Positions 46,214 to 57,897 are shown, counted from the stretch's first letter. The stretch is 64,000 nucleotides of DNA from Flavobacteriaceae bacterium (GCA_030065775.1 JASJDL010000001.1:687-64686), one strand, 5' to 3'. Numbers and translations: made by a program. Notes: generated by a model from the sequence alone, not told the origin.

Positions 46214-47842
46214 TTATTCGCCTAAAAAAGGATAGCGATAATCTTCAGGGGAAACAAAAGTTTCCTTAATCAATCGTGGCGATACCCAACGTAATAAATT
46301 TTGCGCAGAACCCGCTTTATCATTTGTTCCAGAAGCCCTGGCACCACCAAACGGCTGCTGGCCAACCACTGCGCCCGTGGGTTTATCATTAACGTAGAAA
46401 TTACCAGCGCAATTTTCCAAAGCTTTGGTCGCTTCCGTTACTGCATAACGATCAGTAGAAAATACAGCTCCGGTAAGGGCATATTCAGATGTACCGTCCA
46501 CTAATTTTAAAGTATCTGCCCAATCTTTATCTTTATATACATAAACAGTCACAACGGGTCCGAATAATTCGGTACACATGGTGGTATACTTAGGGTCTTT
46601 CGTTAAAATTACCGTTGGTTCAATAAAATAGCCCTTGGACTTATCGTACCCGCCACCTACAATAATATCGGCATCAGCATCCGCTTTAGCCTGATCAATA
46701 TACTTGGCAAGTTTGTCAAATGAACCTTCGTGAATCACTGCGGTAATGAAATTGCTCATGTCTTCCGGCGATCCCATTTTAAAAGACTTCACATCTTCTC
46801 TTACATAACCCAATACTTCATCTGCAATTGATTCAGGAAGATAAACTCTTGAGGCGGCAGAGCATTTCTGTCCTTGAAATTCAAAAGCGCCTCGTGTAAT
46901 ACCAGTCGCTACTTGCTTGCTATTGGCAGAAGGATGGGCAATAATAAAATCTTTACCTCCGGTTTCACCAACGATCCTTGGATAGGTTTTATAGTTATGA
47001 ATGTTTTTACCAATCTTTTTCCAGATTTCTTTGAAGACGAATGTCGAACCCGTAAAATGCAATCCTGAAAAATCCGGTGAGGCCAATACGGTTTCAGTAA
47101 TCATGACCGGATCGCCACAGACGAGATTGATAACACCATCAGGTACACCGGCTTCTTTAAAGACATCCATAATAACTTTAGCTGAGAAAACCTGGCTATC
47201 AGAAGGCTTCCAAACGACCACGTTGCCCATCATAGCAGCACTGGCAGGTAAGTTTGCCGCAATAGCAGTAAAGTTAAATGGTGTAATCGCATATACAAAC
47301 CCTTCCAACGGCCTGTATTCAACACGATTCCAAATACCTTCTGAAGAATCTGGCTGCTCGGTATATATTTGCGACATGTATTCTACGTTAAAACGTAAGA
47401 AGTCAATCAATTCACATGCTGCGTCAATCTCAGCCTGATGGATCGTTTTTGATTGTGCGATCATCGTTGCTGCATTTATCTTTGCCCTGTAAGGCCCGGC
47501 TAGTAATTCGGCTGCGCGCAGAAAGATCGCTGCACGCTGCTCCCATGGCATTTGTGACCATGCTTTTCGGGCTTCCAAGCACGACGCAATGGCTTGCTCG
47601 GCATGTTTTTTTTCGGCCAAATGATACTGGCCCACAACATGTTGATGATCATGAGGAGGCGTCATATTTTGAGTGGTTCCTGTTCTGATTTCCTCACTTC
47701 CTATGTAAAGAGGTACATCTACTGAACCATTAAAATAGGCTTTATATTGTTTTAAAACTGCTTCTCTTTCGGGTGAACCCGGAGCATACCCCTTAACAGG
47801 TTCATTGACTGCTACCGGTACTTGAAAAAATCCTTTACCCAT
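46214..47842 (-). CDS. pruA: L-glutamate gamma-semialdehyde (P5C) dehydrogenase
   Basis: PFNFTAI, GETGGKD, FQGQKCSA, ELFGP, PFGGARASGTNDK. Confidence 0.95.
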   Translation of the reverse strand: MGKGFFQVPVAVNEPVKGYAPGSPEREAVLKQYKAYFNGSVDVPLYIGSEEIRTGTTQNMTPPHDHQHVVGQYHLAEKKHAEQAIASCLEARKAWSQMPWEQRAAIFLRAAELLAGPYRAKINAATMIAQSKTIHQAEIDAACELIDFLRFNVEYMSQIYTEQPDSSEGIWNRVEYRPLEGFVYAITPFNFTAIAANLPASAAMMGNVVVWKPSDSQVFSAKVIMDVFKEAGVPDGVINLVCGDPVMITETVLASPDFSGLHFTGSTFVFKEIWKKIGKNIHNYKTYPRIVGETGGKDFIIAHPSANSKQVATGITRGAFEFQGQKCSAASRVYLPESIADEVLGYVREDVKSFKMGSPEDMSNFITAVIHEGSFDKLAKYIDQAKADADADIIVGGGYDKSKGYFIEPTVILTKDPKYTTMCTELFGPVVTVYVYKDKDWADTLKLVDGTSEYALTGAVFSTDRYAVTEATKALENCAGNFYVNDKPTGAVVGQQPFGGARASGTNDKAGSAQNLLRWVSPRLIKETFVSPEDYRYPFLGE

Positions 47843-47912
47843 TCTAGTATGTTTTTAAATGTTAATCGACTAAATTTGGCGAACAAAGTTAAGAAAATAG
47901 TGGCGATAAATA

Positions 47913-48617
47913 ATGTGTACAGTAACTTATATTCCTAAAGGAAATTCCGATTTTATTTTAACCTCGAGCAGGGACGTTCCTTATGCCCGGAAAAAGGCAG
48001 ATCATCCTCAAAAATATATCGAGGACGGTGTGAAATTGTGGTATCCAAAAGATGGTAAGGCAGGCGGAACCTGGATAGGATTAAGTTCAAAAAATAGATT
48101 GATCTGCTTATTGAATGGGGGCTTTGAATATCATACTTCGCTGAGCTATTATAAGAAGAGTAGGGGCCTTATCGTCAAAGAATTATTGAAAGCTGAAAAT
48201 ATTCGTAGAGGTTTAGACGATGTTGACCTCGAAGGTGTAGAGCAATTCACACTTACCATCGTTGACTGGAATAGTACCTTAGAACTCATAGAATTCGTTT
48301 GGGACGGTCAACAAAAACATACGAAGACTTTACCTCAGGAACCGGCAATTTGGTCATCATCTACTTTGTATGACAAAAATATCAAACAACTTCGTACTGA
48401 TTGGTTTGAAAGCTGGCAACATGAAAATGAGATCAGCCAGGAAAGTATTTTGGAATTTCATCATTCGGCGGGTGTTGGCGACCCCAGGATTGATGTGCTA
48501 ATGGACCGAAAATTAGGGGGCACTGTCAGCATTACTTCTATCAAAAAATCGTCCAAGTCGATACAGATCAACTATGAGGATGTATTGAGACATAAAAAGT
48601 CATGCTTAACAATTTAG
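47913..48617 (+). CDS. NRDE/TANGO2 family protein
   Basis: MCT N-terminus, SSRD, PKD..AGGTWIG, LLNG, SRG. Confidence 0.88.
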   Translation: MCTVTYIPKGNSDFILTSSRDVPYARKKADHPQKYIEDGVKLWYPKDGKAGGTWIGLSSKNRLICLLNGGFEYHTSLSYYKKSRGLIVKELLKAENIRRGLDDVDLEGVEQFTLTIVDWNSTLELIEFVWDGQQKHTKTLPQEPAIWSSSTLYDKNIKQLRTDWFESWQHENEISQESILEFHHSAGVGDPRIDVLMDRKLGGTVSITSIKKSSKSIQINYEDVLRHKKSCLTI

Positions 48618-49774
48618 TAAAAAATAAAGGAGATAAAGGCAAGTATACCAAGCCCTAAAGAAGAAATAAACAGAAATGAAAAATTAGCTAGCGTGTACTT
48701 TATAAATGTTTTGAACCAACCTTGTTTATAGAAGTTCTTCATTGCTATAAGCAAATAGATGGCAAAAAGTAGCACTGCAATAATATAGACACTATCACTC
48801 TCACCGGATGCATAATAAATGAGGTTGAACAGTAGCAGCAATAAGAATAGTACTGATTGTGTATAAAAAACAAACACCATGTGCTCCATAAAGGTGTATT
48901 TTCGTCGTAAGTAAATAAATTTTAGGAATAAAGCGAATACCGGTAAGAATAAAAAAATGGCCAATGAAAGCCCAGAAAATATTTTTTCATTCAAACCTTG
49001 AGCATTATCCTGGGTCATTTCATAAGTACGTTGAGCTCTTACATAATAGAACCTGTTCCAAAAGTTATTTTCGTATCCGAGACTATCCAATGCTTGTGCC
49101 GTAGTATGTTCTTTATTTTTTTCATGGTAGTTGTAAAATGCTTTTACTTTTTTTATAAACGGACTTTGATCGGTCAGCGTGTCAGCCAAGGCACCTACGT
49201 CTTGATTGTATTTCTGTAAGCTATCTATGTTTACATTATTTGCCTGTAATGTAGAATCAAGGTTTATAGGTATGTTTTTAGGGATGCTTTTTTGAACCTT
49301 TTCCAAAGTTGCCTTGGCAATCGAATCCTTGCGCTTTGCAGCTAATGAATCTAAAGGTGTATTGTTTAATTTTACAATGGCTGCTTGTGACTCTTCACTG
49401 CCATCACTGTTGAGTTCTTGAATTTGTTTAATAGCACCAATAACGAGAAAGAACATCAATGATACGGTCAAGTAAGTGCGAAATGGGTTGACAAAATTTT
49501 TACGTTTACCTGAAATAAAATCGTAAGCTACTTTTCCCGGCTTGAACAGTAGCGGTACTGCCGTGTTCCAAACACGCGAATCATAGGTAATGAGGTTTCC
49601 CACAAACTCATCAACAACAAGCTTAAAACTTAGAGGATTGGTATTATTGCGCTGCCCACATTCAGGGCAGAAGTTCTCATCACCATTGAGCAGTGCATCA
49701 CAATTCAAGCAATGATTACCTCGTTGACGAGCAGGTAATTTTTCTTTTTTCTTCTTTTTAAACAACGATAGCAT
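48614..49774 (-). CDS. DUF3667 domain membrane protein
   Basis: CLNC...FCPECGQ zinc ribbon, PG.....FISGKR..FVNP. Confidence 0.88.
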   Translation of the reverse strand: MLSLFKKKKKEKLPARQRGNHCLNCDALLNGDENFCPECGQRNNTNPLSFKLVVDEFVGNLITYDSRVWNTAVPLLFKPGKVAYDFISGKRKNFVNPFRTYLTVSLMFFLVIGAIKQIQELNSDGSEESQAAIVKLNNTPLDSLAAKRKDSIAKATLEKVQKSIPKNIPINLDSTLQANNVNIDSLQKYNQDVGALADTLTDQSPFIKKVKAFYNYHEKNKEHTTAQALDSLGYENNFWNRFYYVRAQRTYEMTQDNAQGLNEKIFSGLSLAIFLFLPVFALFLKFIYLRRKYTFMEHMVFVFYTQSVLFLLLLLFNLIYYASGESDSVYIIAVLLFAIYLLIAMKNFYKQGWFKTFIKYTLANFSFLFISSLGLGILAFISFIFY

Positions 49775-49823
49775 TGCCTAAAATTAGGTCATTTTTTAGA
49801 ATTAGGAAGCGATAAAAAATGAA

Positions 49824-50210
49824 TTAATTTAAAACTGCCGGCGCATTCAATTGAAACGAAGGAATCTGTACTTTGAAACTTTTAGTAGTTGTAAAGTTAA
49901 TCATGTTGTAGTATCCACTCATAGATCCGAAGGGCGATACCAGATTGCAATATGAATTATAGGTATGACTTGTCTTTGGTTTTAAAATAGGTTTTTTACC
50001 AATAACACCTTCACCTTCAACAACTTCCAGACTTTTTAAGGCGTCAAAAATATCCCAATGACGACTCACCAACTGAACCGAGTCATTACTTTGATTTTCA
50101 ATGGTAATGCTGTAACTAAAGGTATAGTACAGGTTCTGTTTATGGATAGTAGTACCCTCGAAATTTGTCTCTACTGATATTTTTATACCGTTTGTTACTT
50201 GTTGAACCAT
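49824..50210 (-). CDS. apaG: ApaG protein
   Basis: Y.ITIEN.....VQL..RHW.I, GEGVIG..P. Confidence 0.95.
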   Translation of the reverse strand: MVQQVTNGIKISVETNFEGTTIHKQNLYYTFSYSITIENQSNDSVQLVSRHWDIFDALKSLEVVEGEGVIGKKPILKPKTSHTYNSYCNLVSPFGSMSGYYNMINFTTTKSFKVQIPSFQLNAPAVLN

Positions 50211-50300
50211 GGCTAACTACCTTTAAAATAGCGAACTACAAAAATATAAAAACTATTGGTATTTATATTAAACTTAAAATGTAGATGTTTATTTTCCAGT

Positions 50301-51563
50301 TTAGTTGCGTAAATTTTCAGAATTGGCGGTACTTATACCGATTACTTGGTCGTAACGCGTGCCAATCGGTTTGTAATACACAATAACCGTATAGTTATTT
50401 TCTGTCTGATAAAAAGAACCATCAATGGCGTAATGCTTGATGCTGTTTTTTTCAGTAGCAGTTACATAGGAATAGTTGTAGAACCCTTGCTTTAAATAAA
50501 GTTTGCCACGATATAATTTGGTCTGCTCATCGTAGGTCATTTTGTTTTCTTCGGTGAGTTGCCATTCATTAAAATCACCATAAATATAAATGGAATCAGT
50601 ACCAATATTTTCAAAAGATTCTAAACTGAAATGCACCCATGAGTAATCACCCTCGGTGGCAATGCTTTCGGTATCGATAGTTCTTAAAACAAAGTTTCCA
50701 TTCACATCGGGATAATAGGTGTAAGGCCGGTGTAAACGCTCTTCGTCAGTATATAAGTAGGTATGAAAAGTGTCTTTCAACTCACTTCTCGCAATGTTAT
50801 TGACAGCACCTCTTATCTGCTTGGTATCAAAGAACAAGAATTCGTTTCCTCCCCAATAATTGACATTGGCACCATATTTATAAAGCAGTTGTGTTCCCCT
50901 TATGAATTGTGGTTTGATATTTCTGGTCGCAGTATTCCAATCAAAGTTTTGATATACAACTGTTTTTAATTCCAAACTCGGATTGTTAATCAGCAAATTC
51001 GGATGATTCACACTAAACTGTACATTTTGCATCGTATTAATGGAGCTAATATCACGACTTCTATGCACACTGACACCAATGTCTACCAAAGGTTCATATA
51101 CTATGAAGGGCCGCGTAAAAACTACTTCGTCATCCTCGTCCAGAACAGTCAATACGTAATTACCGCTGACTTTAATTCGTAAATTATCAGTGGGTAAACG
51201 TAAACGGTAATGTGTGTAGCCTTGAATGGTATTAAATGAATTTTCAAAATTGCGAATCCAGTCGTTGGTAAAGCCGTCTAAGTATTCTGTTGGATTGATG
51301 TTTGATTTTTCCCAGTTATAGTCATAGTGTTCTATGCTGTAAGAATACTGTTTTTGATCGCTTTCAAGATCGTCAAATTCAAGTACTATCGGATTGCCTA
51401 ATTTGATTATTGGTGTATAGTCATTGGTCTGTGTTGAACGGAAGATAATTGCCTTAATATGCGCTGGCGGATGTACAACTACCTTTGATTGTGCCCATAG
51501 ACCACTGCCGGGTAAGGACACTAACAAACAAAGAAAAACAGCTAATTTTTGTGCCAAATTCAT
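50301..51563 (-). CDS. DUF5103 / type IX secretion system plug-like protein
   Basis: FDDL, SFNT...YTHY, SGNY, GGNEF..FD, KQGFYNY, TENNY. Confidence 0.8.
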   Translation of the reverse strand: MNLAQKLAVFLCLLVSLPGSGLWAQSKVVVHPPAHIKAIIFRSTQTNDYTPIIKLGNPIVLEFDDLESDQKQYSYSIEHYDYNWEKSNINPTEYLDGFTNDWIRNFENSFNTIQGYTHYRLRLPTDNLRIKVSGNYVLTVLDEDDEVVFTRPFIVYEPLVDIGVSVHRSRDISSINTMQNVQFSVNHPNLLINNPSLELKTVVYQNFDWNTATRNIKPQFIRGTQLLYKYGANVNYWGGNEFLFFDTKQIRGAVNNIARSELKDTFHTYLYTDEERLHRPYTYYPDVNGNFVLRTIDTESIATEGDYSWVHFSLESFENIGTDSIYIYGDFNEWQLTEENKMTYDEQTKLYRGKLYLKQGFYNYSYVTATEKNSIKHYAIDGSFYQTENNYTVIVYYKPIGTRYDQVIGISTANSENLRN

Positions 51564-51755
51564 CAATTTTATTGCCTTAGATCAAAAGCTATACCGAACT
51601 TTTAGCGGCAAAAATAGGGAAACAAATTTTATCTGCTTATTTTTGTTATTTAGAACGATTATAAATAATATTTAAACTTTCTAAATGCTTAGATAACACC
51701 TGCAAAATTTTTAAATTTGCACCGCTTTTAAAGACATTAATTACAATTTATAAAT

Positions 51756-53105
51756 ATGTCAACAGACATTCGTATCAGAAAAGGCTTAGATATTAAGCTT
51801 GTTGGCGAAGCAGAAAAAACGACTACCAAACTTCCTCAGGGTAGTTTGTATGCAGTAAAGCCAGACGATTTTCATAAAATTATTCCAAAACTCCTTGTAA
51901 AAGTTGGCCATGAAGTAAAAGCAGGTGATGCCTTATTTCATTCAAAAACAAATGAGCAGCTCTTGTTTCCCTCTCCTGTAAGTGGCGAGGTGGTTGAGAT
52001 CGTACGTGGTGCAAAGCGCAGAGTTTTAGAGATTAAAATTTTAGCTGATAAAACCCAAGAGTATCAAGATTTTGGTAAAAAAGACGTAGCAAGCATGAGC
52101 GGTGATGACCTGAAAGCTCATTTATTAGCATCGGGTTGTTGGCCGTTTATTAAACAGCGTCCTTATGATGTGATTGCAAACCCTGAGCGGTCTCCAAGAG
52201 ATATTTTTATTTCAGGGTATGCCAGTGAACATTTAGCTCCAGACTCAGACTATATATTATTTGGAAAGCAAGAAGAGCTTCAAACAGCTGTAAATGCTTT
52301 ATCAAAATTAACTGATGGTCAAGTTCATGTATGTGTAGGTAAAAATGCTGATAACCCTTTAACCAGTCTTTCTGGCGTCTCATTACATAAAGTTTCTGGG
52401 CCGCATCCCAGCGGAAATGTGGGTACTCAAATCGCAAAAATTGATCCGATCAACAAAGGGGAAACGGTTTGGGTCGTGAATCCGCAAGATTTGGTAATTA
52501 TTGGTGAATTATTGTTGACAGGAAAGTTCAATGCTACTCGAACTATTGCCTTGACGGGATCAAAAATCATTCGCCCGCAATATGTAGAAGCCATTGTTGG
52601 AGCGAAGATTGAAGACTTGGTTACTGATAATTTAGATGAGAAGAACGAACGTATTATCAGCGGTAACGTTTTAAGTGGTGTTCAGGTAGACAAAGAGGGA
52701 TTTTTGGGGTATTATGACAATCAAATAACGGCGATTCCAGAAGGGGATGATTATGAATTCTTCGGATGGAATAAACCAATCTTTAATAAAATTTCAAACT
52801 CCAGGGCACTGACTTTTTCCTGGTTGAATCCTCATAAAAAGTACGACCTAAATACGAATACAAATGGTGAGCATAGAGCCTTTGTGTTAACAGGTTCTTA
52901 TGAACAGGTGTTTCCATTGGATATCTATCCGATGCAGATTTTAAAGGCATGTATGTATAAAGACTTGGATGAAATGGAAGCCTTGGGTATGTATGAAGTG
53001 GCTCCTGAAGATTTTGCATTGACAGAATTTATTTGTGTATCTAAACAACCGCATCAACAAATAATTAGAGATGGGTTGGATTTAATGATTGAAGAAATCG
53101 GATAA
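51756..53105 (+). CDS. nqrA: Na+-translocating NADH:quinone reductase subunit A
   Basis: IRKGLDI.L.G, SPVSG, GPHPSGNVG, APEDFAL.EF.C.SK. Confidence 0.96.
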   Translation: MSTDIRIRKGLDIKLVGEAEKTTTKLPQGSLYAVKPDDFHKIIPKLLVKVGHEVKAGDALFHSKTNEQLLFPSPVSGEVVEIVRGAKRRVLEIKILADKTQEYQDFGKKDVASMSGDDLKAHLLASGCWPFIKQRPYDVIANPERSPRDIFISGYASEHLAPDSDYILFGKQEELQTAVNALSKLTDGQVHVCVGKNADNPLTSLSGVSLHKVSGPHPSGNVGTQIAKIDPINKGETVWVVNPQDLVIIGELLLTGKFNATRTIALTGSKIIRPQYVEAIVGAKIEDLVTDNLDEKNERIISGNVLSGVQVDKEGFLGYYDNQITAIPEGDDYEFFGWNKPIFNKISNSRALTFSWLNPHKKYDLNTNTNGEHRAFVLTGSYEQVFPLDIYPMQILKACMYKDLDEMEALGMYEVAPEDFALTEFICVSKQPHQQIIRDGLDLMIEEIG

Positions 53106-53116
53106 AACGGTAAGAA

Positions 53117-54322
53117 ATGGGATTAAAACAAAACTTACATAATTTAAAAGAGAAGTACAAGGGGACTAAGATGGCTCCTGCATTCAATGCCATCCATACT
53201 TTTTTGTATTTACCGAATGAAACTACGCATGGTGGTACACATATTAAAGCCGCAGATGACCTAAAACGTACCATGAATATTGTTATCATGGCTTTAATAC
53301 CTTGTCTGATTTTTGGTATGTTCAATGCTGGTTATCAGCATTATTTGGCAGCGGGTGAATTAGAAAGAGCTACAAGTTTCTTTAGCGGAGAGTTCTGGAA
53401 CATGAACAATTTCTTTATCGGACTAAAGAAGGTACTGCCATTGGTGATTGTTTCTTATTTGGTAGGATTGGTGGTAGAATTCATCTTCGCAGTGATTAAA
53501 GGACACGAAGTTGAAGAGGGTTATTTAGTAACTGGAATGTTAGTTCCATTGATCGTACCTGTTGATACGCCGCTCTGGATGTTAGCGGTAGCTGTCGTAT
53601 TTGGTGTAGTAATCGGTAAGGAAGTATTTGGTGGAACAGGAATGAACATTTTAAATCCGGCCTTGACCGTAAGAGCCTTTTTATTCTTCGCGTATCCTAC
53701 ATGGATGAGTGGTGATAAGGTTTGGGTACATGACGCTGTCAACAGGGTAGGGCAACCAGACGCTATTTCTGGTGAAACCATGCTAGGTAGCTTGGCACAG
53801 AACCTGGAACCGAAATATAGCGTTTGGGAACAGTTTATGGGTTTTATACCCGGATCCGTTGGTGAAACATCAACGTTATTGATCTTGTTAGGCGGACTGT
53901 TCCTGGTCTTTGCGAAAATAGGAAGCTGGCGTATAATGGTCAGTGCAATTATAGGTGCTTTGGTTATGGGACTCATGTTCAATCAAGTGGTAGAATTTGG
54001 TTGGATCACTTCAGGAAGTAAGTTCTATGGATTGATGACAGTAGACTTCTGGCAACACCTACTAATAGGTGGTTTGGCATTTGGTATTGTCTATATGGCA
54101 ACTGATCCGGTTACGGGGTCACAAACCAATAAAGGAAAATGGATTTACGGATTTCTAATCGGGTTCTTCTCTGTCATGATCCGTGTATTCAATCCTGCCT
54201 ATCCAGAAGGAGTTATGTTGGCTATTCTATTAATGAATGTCTTTGCTCCTACAATTGACCACTACGTGGTTCAAGGGAATGTAAAGAGAAGACTAAAACG
54301 TTTAAAAGTAAAAACTGCATAA
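53117..54322 (+). CDS. nqrB: Na+-NQR subunit B
   Basis: DLKRTM, KEVFGGTG.N..NPAL, SGET FMN site, MATDPV. Confidence 0.96.
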   Translation: MGLKQNLHNLKEKYKGTKMAPAFNAIHTFLYLPNETTHGGTHIKAADDLKRTMNIVIMALIPCLIFGMFNAGYQHYLAAGELERATSFFSGEFWNMNNFFIGLKKVLPLVIVSYLVGLVVEFIFAVIKGHEVEEGYLVTGMLVPLIVPVDTPLWMLAVAVVFGVVIGKEVFGGTGMNILNPALTVRAFLFFAYPTWMSGDKVWVHDAVNRVGQPDAISGETMLGSLAQNLEPKYSVWEQFMGFIPGSVGETSTLLILLGGLFLVFAKIGSWRIMVSAIIGALVMGLMFNQVVEFGWITSGSKFYGLMTVDFWQHLLIGGLAFGIVYMATDPVTGSQTNKGKWIYGFLIGFFSVMIRVFNPAYPEGVMLAILLMNVFAPTIDHYVVQGNVKRRLKRLKVKTA

Positions 54323-54325
54323 GTT

Positions 54326-55090
54326 ATGGCTAGAAACACAGAAGGTAACGTTTATACAGTGCTATTTGCTATCGCTATGGTGGTGGTGGTGGGTTCATTA
54401 CTGGCTTTTACGGCTTCGTATTTAAAACCTACAATTACACAAAATATGAAAACCGAAAAGCAGCAAAATATTTTGTTTGCAATGGGCGTAAACGAAGCTA
54501 CAGTTTCAGGAGATCAAGAGGACGCCGGTGAGTTTGTTTCTACAGATAAGGCCTCAGAAGAATTTTCAAAATATATTACCAAGCAGTACTACATTGAGGG
54601 TTCTGAAGCCATCGAAGATGATCAGGCATATTTAATTGATATCAAGAAGGAAGCCGATAAGGCAAAAAGCGGGTCTTATACAAGAAAGTTACCACTATTT
54701 GTAGGAGAGAAAGACGGTAAGAAATTCTACATCGTACCGATGCGAGGAGTAGGGCTTTGGGATGCTATCTGGGGTTATATTGCACTCAATGAAGATTTAC
54801 AAACAGTAAAAGGTGCTTACTTTGATCATAAAGCAGAAACACCAGGTTTAGGCGCGAATATAACAGAGGCGTATTTTAGAGATGACTTTCAGGGAGAATC
54901 CATCTTTGCTGAGGGTGAATTCAAAGGAATTACAGTAGCTAAAGGAAATAATGATCCCACAAACAACGATAAAAACGATAATGAGGTTGATGCAATAGCT
55001 GGTGCTACTATTACCGGCGACGGCGTTACAGCAATGATCAAAAAAGATCTGGCAATGTATTTACCTTATTTCAATACCTTAAAAAAGTAA
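54326..55090 (+). CDS. nqrC: Na+-NQR subunit C
   Basis: GLW..IWG, ETPGLG, VDAIAGATIT FMN site. Confidence 0.96.
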   Translation: MARNTEGNVYTVLFAIAMVVVVGSLLAFTASYLKPTITQNMKTEKQQNILFAMGVNEATVSGDQEDAGEFVSTDKASEEFSKYITKQYYIEGSEAIEDDQAYLIDIKKEADKAKSGSYTRKLPLFVGEKDGKKFYIVPMRGVGLWDAIWGYIALNEDLQTVKGAYFDHKAETPGLGANITEAYFRDDFQGESIFAEGEFKGITVAKGNNDPTNNDKNDNEVDAIAGATITGDGVTAMIKKDLAMYLPYFNTLKK

Positions 55091-55093
55091 TAT

Positions 55094-55783
55094 ATGGCAG
55101 AAGTAGCAGAGCAAGAAAAAGTAGTAAAGGCTCCCAGCGAACCTTTGTTTTCTAAAAAAAATAGAAAGTTAGTTACCGACCCATTAACCGATAATAACCC
55201 AATTACCATTCAGGTGTTAGGTATTTGTTCGGCGCTGGCAATTACGGCACAACTAAAAGCGTCTATAGTAATGACTTTAGCGGTATTTTTTGTGATGGGG
55301 GTTGGGAATGTAGTGATCTCATTGATGCGTAACATCATTCCTTCAAAAATTAGAATCATCGTGCAGTTGATTGTAGTCGCTTCACTGGTTATCATTGTTG
55401 ATCAGGTGTTGAAGGCGTATTCATATGCCTTAAGTAAAGAATTGGCGGTTTTCATCGGACTGATCATTACAAACTGTATCATTATGGGACGCTTTGAAGC
55501 GTTTGCTTTAGGAAATGGTATTTGGAAATCTTTCCTTGACGGGATAGGAAATGCAGCTGGTTATGGGTTGATATTGATCATCGTTGGATTTTTTAGAGAA
55601 CTATTGGGGTCTGGTACCTTATTAGGATTTCCTGTTTTAGGTAATCCGGTTGAAAAAACGGGCCTATATGCTTTAGGTTATGAGAATAACGGATTCATGT
55701 TATTATCACCAATGGCATTGATCATCGTAGGAATATTAATTTGGGTGCAGCGAACTAAAAATCCTGCATTAGTAGAAGACTAA
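55094..55783 (+). CDS. nqrD: Na+-NQR subunit D
   Basis: NNPI..QVLGICSALA, ITNCI.MGR.EAFA. Confidence 0.96.
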   Translation: MAEVAEQEKVVKAPSEPLFSKKNRKLVTDPLTDNNPITIQVLGICSALAITAQLKASIVMTLAVFFVMGVGNVVISLMRNIIPSKIRIIVQLIVVASLVIIVDQVLKAYSYALSKELAVFIGLIITNCIIMGRFEAFALGNGIWKSFLDGIGNAAGYGLILIIVGFFRELLGSGTLLGFPVLGNPVEKTGLYALGYENNGFMLLSPMALIIVGILIWVQRTKNPALVED

Positions 55784-55789
55784 AAGAAT

Positions 55790-56518
55790 ATGGAGCATAT
55801 AGAAATATTTTTTAAATCGGTTTTTATACAGAATATGGTATTCGCCACATTCTTAGGAATGTGTTCTTATTTGGCGGTATCTAAGAAAGTATCAACAGCG
55901 GTAGGTTTAGGTGCTGCGGTTATTTTTGTTTTGGCGGTAACAGTACCTTTAAACTGGCTTTTAGATCAATATATATTGCAGCCAGGCGCCTTGGCGAAAA
56001 CATTAGGGGCAGAATATGCAGATTATGATCTGAGTTTTTTATCATTTATCATGTTTATTGCCACTATTGCAACGATGGTGCAATTGGTAGAGATCATTGT
56101 GGAAAAATTTGCACCTGCGCTCTATAACTCATTAGGTATTTTCTTACCACTAATTGCAGTGAACTGTGCCATTTTAGGTGGTTCATTATTCATGCAAGCA
56201 CGTGAGATTCCAACCTTAGGCTTGGCCCTTAACTATGGTGTAAGTTCAGGTATAGGATGGTTCTTAGCGATTTTGGCGATTGCGGCAATACGCGAGAAGA
56301 TTCGGTATTCTGCAGTACCAGCTCCTTTAAGAGGTTTAGGAATTACGTTTATTATTACCGGTTTGATGGGAATCGGCTTCTTAAGCTTTGGTGGAATGCT
56401 AACAGGTGATGAAGGCAATAAAAAAGAGAAAACTGAACAGGCGATCAATGCAGAAGAAGAGAAAAAAGAACAGTTAAAAGAAGAGTTAGAAACCAATACA
56501 ACAGCATTAAATCAATAA
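55790..56518 (+). CDS. nqrE: Na+-NQR subunit E
   Basis: [23 protein letters not shown]. Confidence 0.96.
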   Translation: MEHIEIFFKSVFIQNMVFATFLGMCSYLAVSKKVSTAVGLGAAVIFVLAVTVPLNWLLDQYILQPGALAKTLGAEYADYDLSFLSFIMFIATIATMVQLVEIIVEKFAPALYNSLGIFLPLIAVNCAILGGSLFMQAREIPTLGLALNYGVSSGIGWFLAILAIAAIREKIRYSAVPAPLRGLGITFIITGLMGIGFLSFGGMLTGDEGNKKEKTEQAINAEEEKKEQLKEELETNTTALNQ

Positions 56519-56519
56519 T

Positions 56520-57827
56520 ATGTTTTTAGCAGCAAGTACGTCGGGAGTCGTAATAACAACAGTAGTAGCTTTTTTGGCCATTGTCTTGGTATTGGTTGCT
56601 TTGCTATTATTTGTAAAGGAAAAATTGGCGCCATCTGGCCCTGTTAAGATTACTATTAATGGAGAAAAAGAAATAGAAGTAGCTTCGGGCTCAACACTGC
56701 TTTCGACTCTAGGTAATCAAAAAATATTTTTACCATCTGCCTGTGGCGGTGGTGGAACCTGTATTCAATGTGAATGTCATGTATTGGAGGGCGGGGGTGA
56801 AGCGCTTCCTACAGAAACTCCTCATTTTACGAGAAAGGAATTGCAATCAGGTGCGCGATTGGCATGTCAGGTAAAGGTGAAACAAGACATGAATATTACC
56901 ATTCCTGAAGAGGTATTTGGTATCAAGAAATGGGAGGCGACAGTTGTTCGAAATTACAACGTCGCATCCTTTATAAAGGAGTTTGTTGTTGAGATTCCTG
57001 AAGATATGGGTTACAAGGCCGGTGGATATATTCAGATTGAAATACCTCCCTGTACAATAAATTATAAAGATATAGATATTACAGCGCACCCTGAAGAACA
57101 CGAAACACCCGATAAGTTTCAGGCAGAATGGGATAAATTTGGCTTATGGCCGTTGGTGATGAAGAATACCGAGACGGTAGAACGTGCTTATTCGATGGCC
57201 TCTTATCCTGCAGAAGGACGTGAGATCATGTTGAATGTTCGTATTGCTACACCACCTTGGGACCGCGCTAAAAACCAGTGGATGCAAGTAAACCCTGGAG
57301 TCGCGTCATCATACATCTTTGCGCAAAAACCGGGTGATAAAGTAACAATTTCGGGCCCTTACGGAGAATTCTTTATTAATGAGTCTGATTCCGAAATGTT
57401 ATATGTTGGTGGTGGTGCCGGTATGGCGCCAATGCGTTCTCATCTATATCACCTGTTTAAAACCTTGAAAACGGGTAGAAAAGTTACTTATTGGTATGGT
57501 GGTCGTTCTAAAAGAGAGTTGTTCTACATTGAACATTTTAGAGCTTTGGAGAAAGATTTTCCGAATTTTAAATTCTATATGGCCTTATCTGAGCCTTTAG
57601 AAGAAGATAACTGGAAAGTAAAAGATGGCATTGATGGTGATGGTGACGGTTTTGTAGGATTTATTCATAATTGTGTGATCGATAATTATTTGAATCACCA
57701 TGAAGCGCCAGAAGATATTGAATTGTATTTCTGTGGGCCTCCATTAATGAACAAAGCTGTTCAGAAGATGGGTGAAGACTTCGGTATACCGGATGAAAAC
57801 ATCCGCTTCGATGACTTCGGAGGATAG
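56520..57827 (+). CDS. nqrF: Na+-NQR subunit F
   Basis: [10 protein letters not shown] 2Fe-2S motif, [23 protein letters not shown]. Confidence 0.97.
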   Translation: MFLAASTSGVVITTVVAFLAIVLVLVALLLFVKEKLAPSGPVKITINGEKEIEVASGSTLLSTLGNQKIFLPSACGGGGTCIQCECHVLEGGGEALPTETPHFTRKELQSGARLACQVKVKQDMNITIPEEVFGIKKWEATVVRNYNVASFIKEFVVEIPEDMGYKAGGYIQIEIPPCTINYKDIDITAHPEEHETPDKFQAEWDKFGLWPLVMKNTETVERAYSMASYPAEGREIMLNVRIATPPWDRAKNQWMQVNPGVASSYIFAQKPGDKVTISGPYGEFFINESDSEMLYVGGGAGMAPMRSHLYHLFKTLKTGRKVTYWYGGRSKRELFYIEHFRALEKDFPNFKFYMALSEPLEEDNWKVKDGIDGDGDGFVGFIHNCVIDNYLNHHEAPEDIELYFCGPPLMNKAVQKMGEDFGIPDENIRFDDFGG

Positions 57828-57872
57828 CTAGAAAGTATCATTCTGAGCGAAATGAAGAATCTTAAAAAAATA

Positions 57873-57897
57873 AAAACCGGCATTTGCCGGTTTTTTT
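57873..57897. terminator. Terminator after nqrF
   Basis: AAAACCGGCA-TT-TGCCGGTTTTTTT. Confidence 0.88.
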
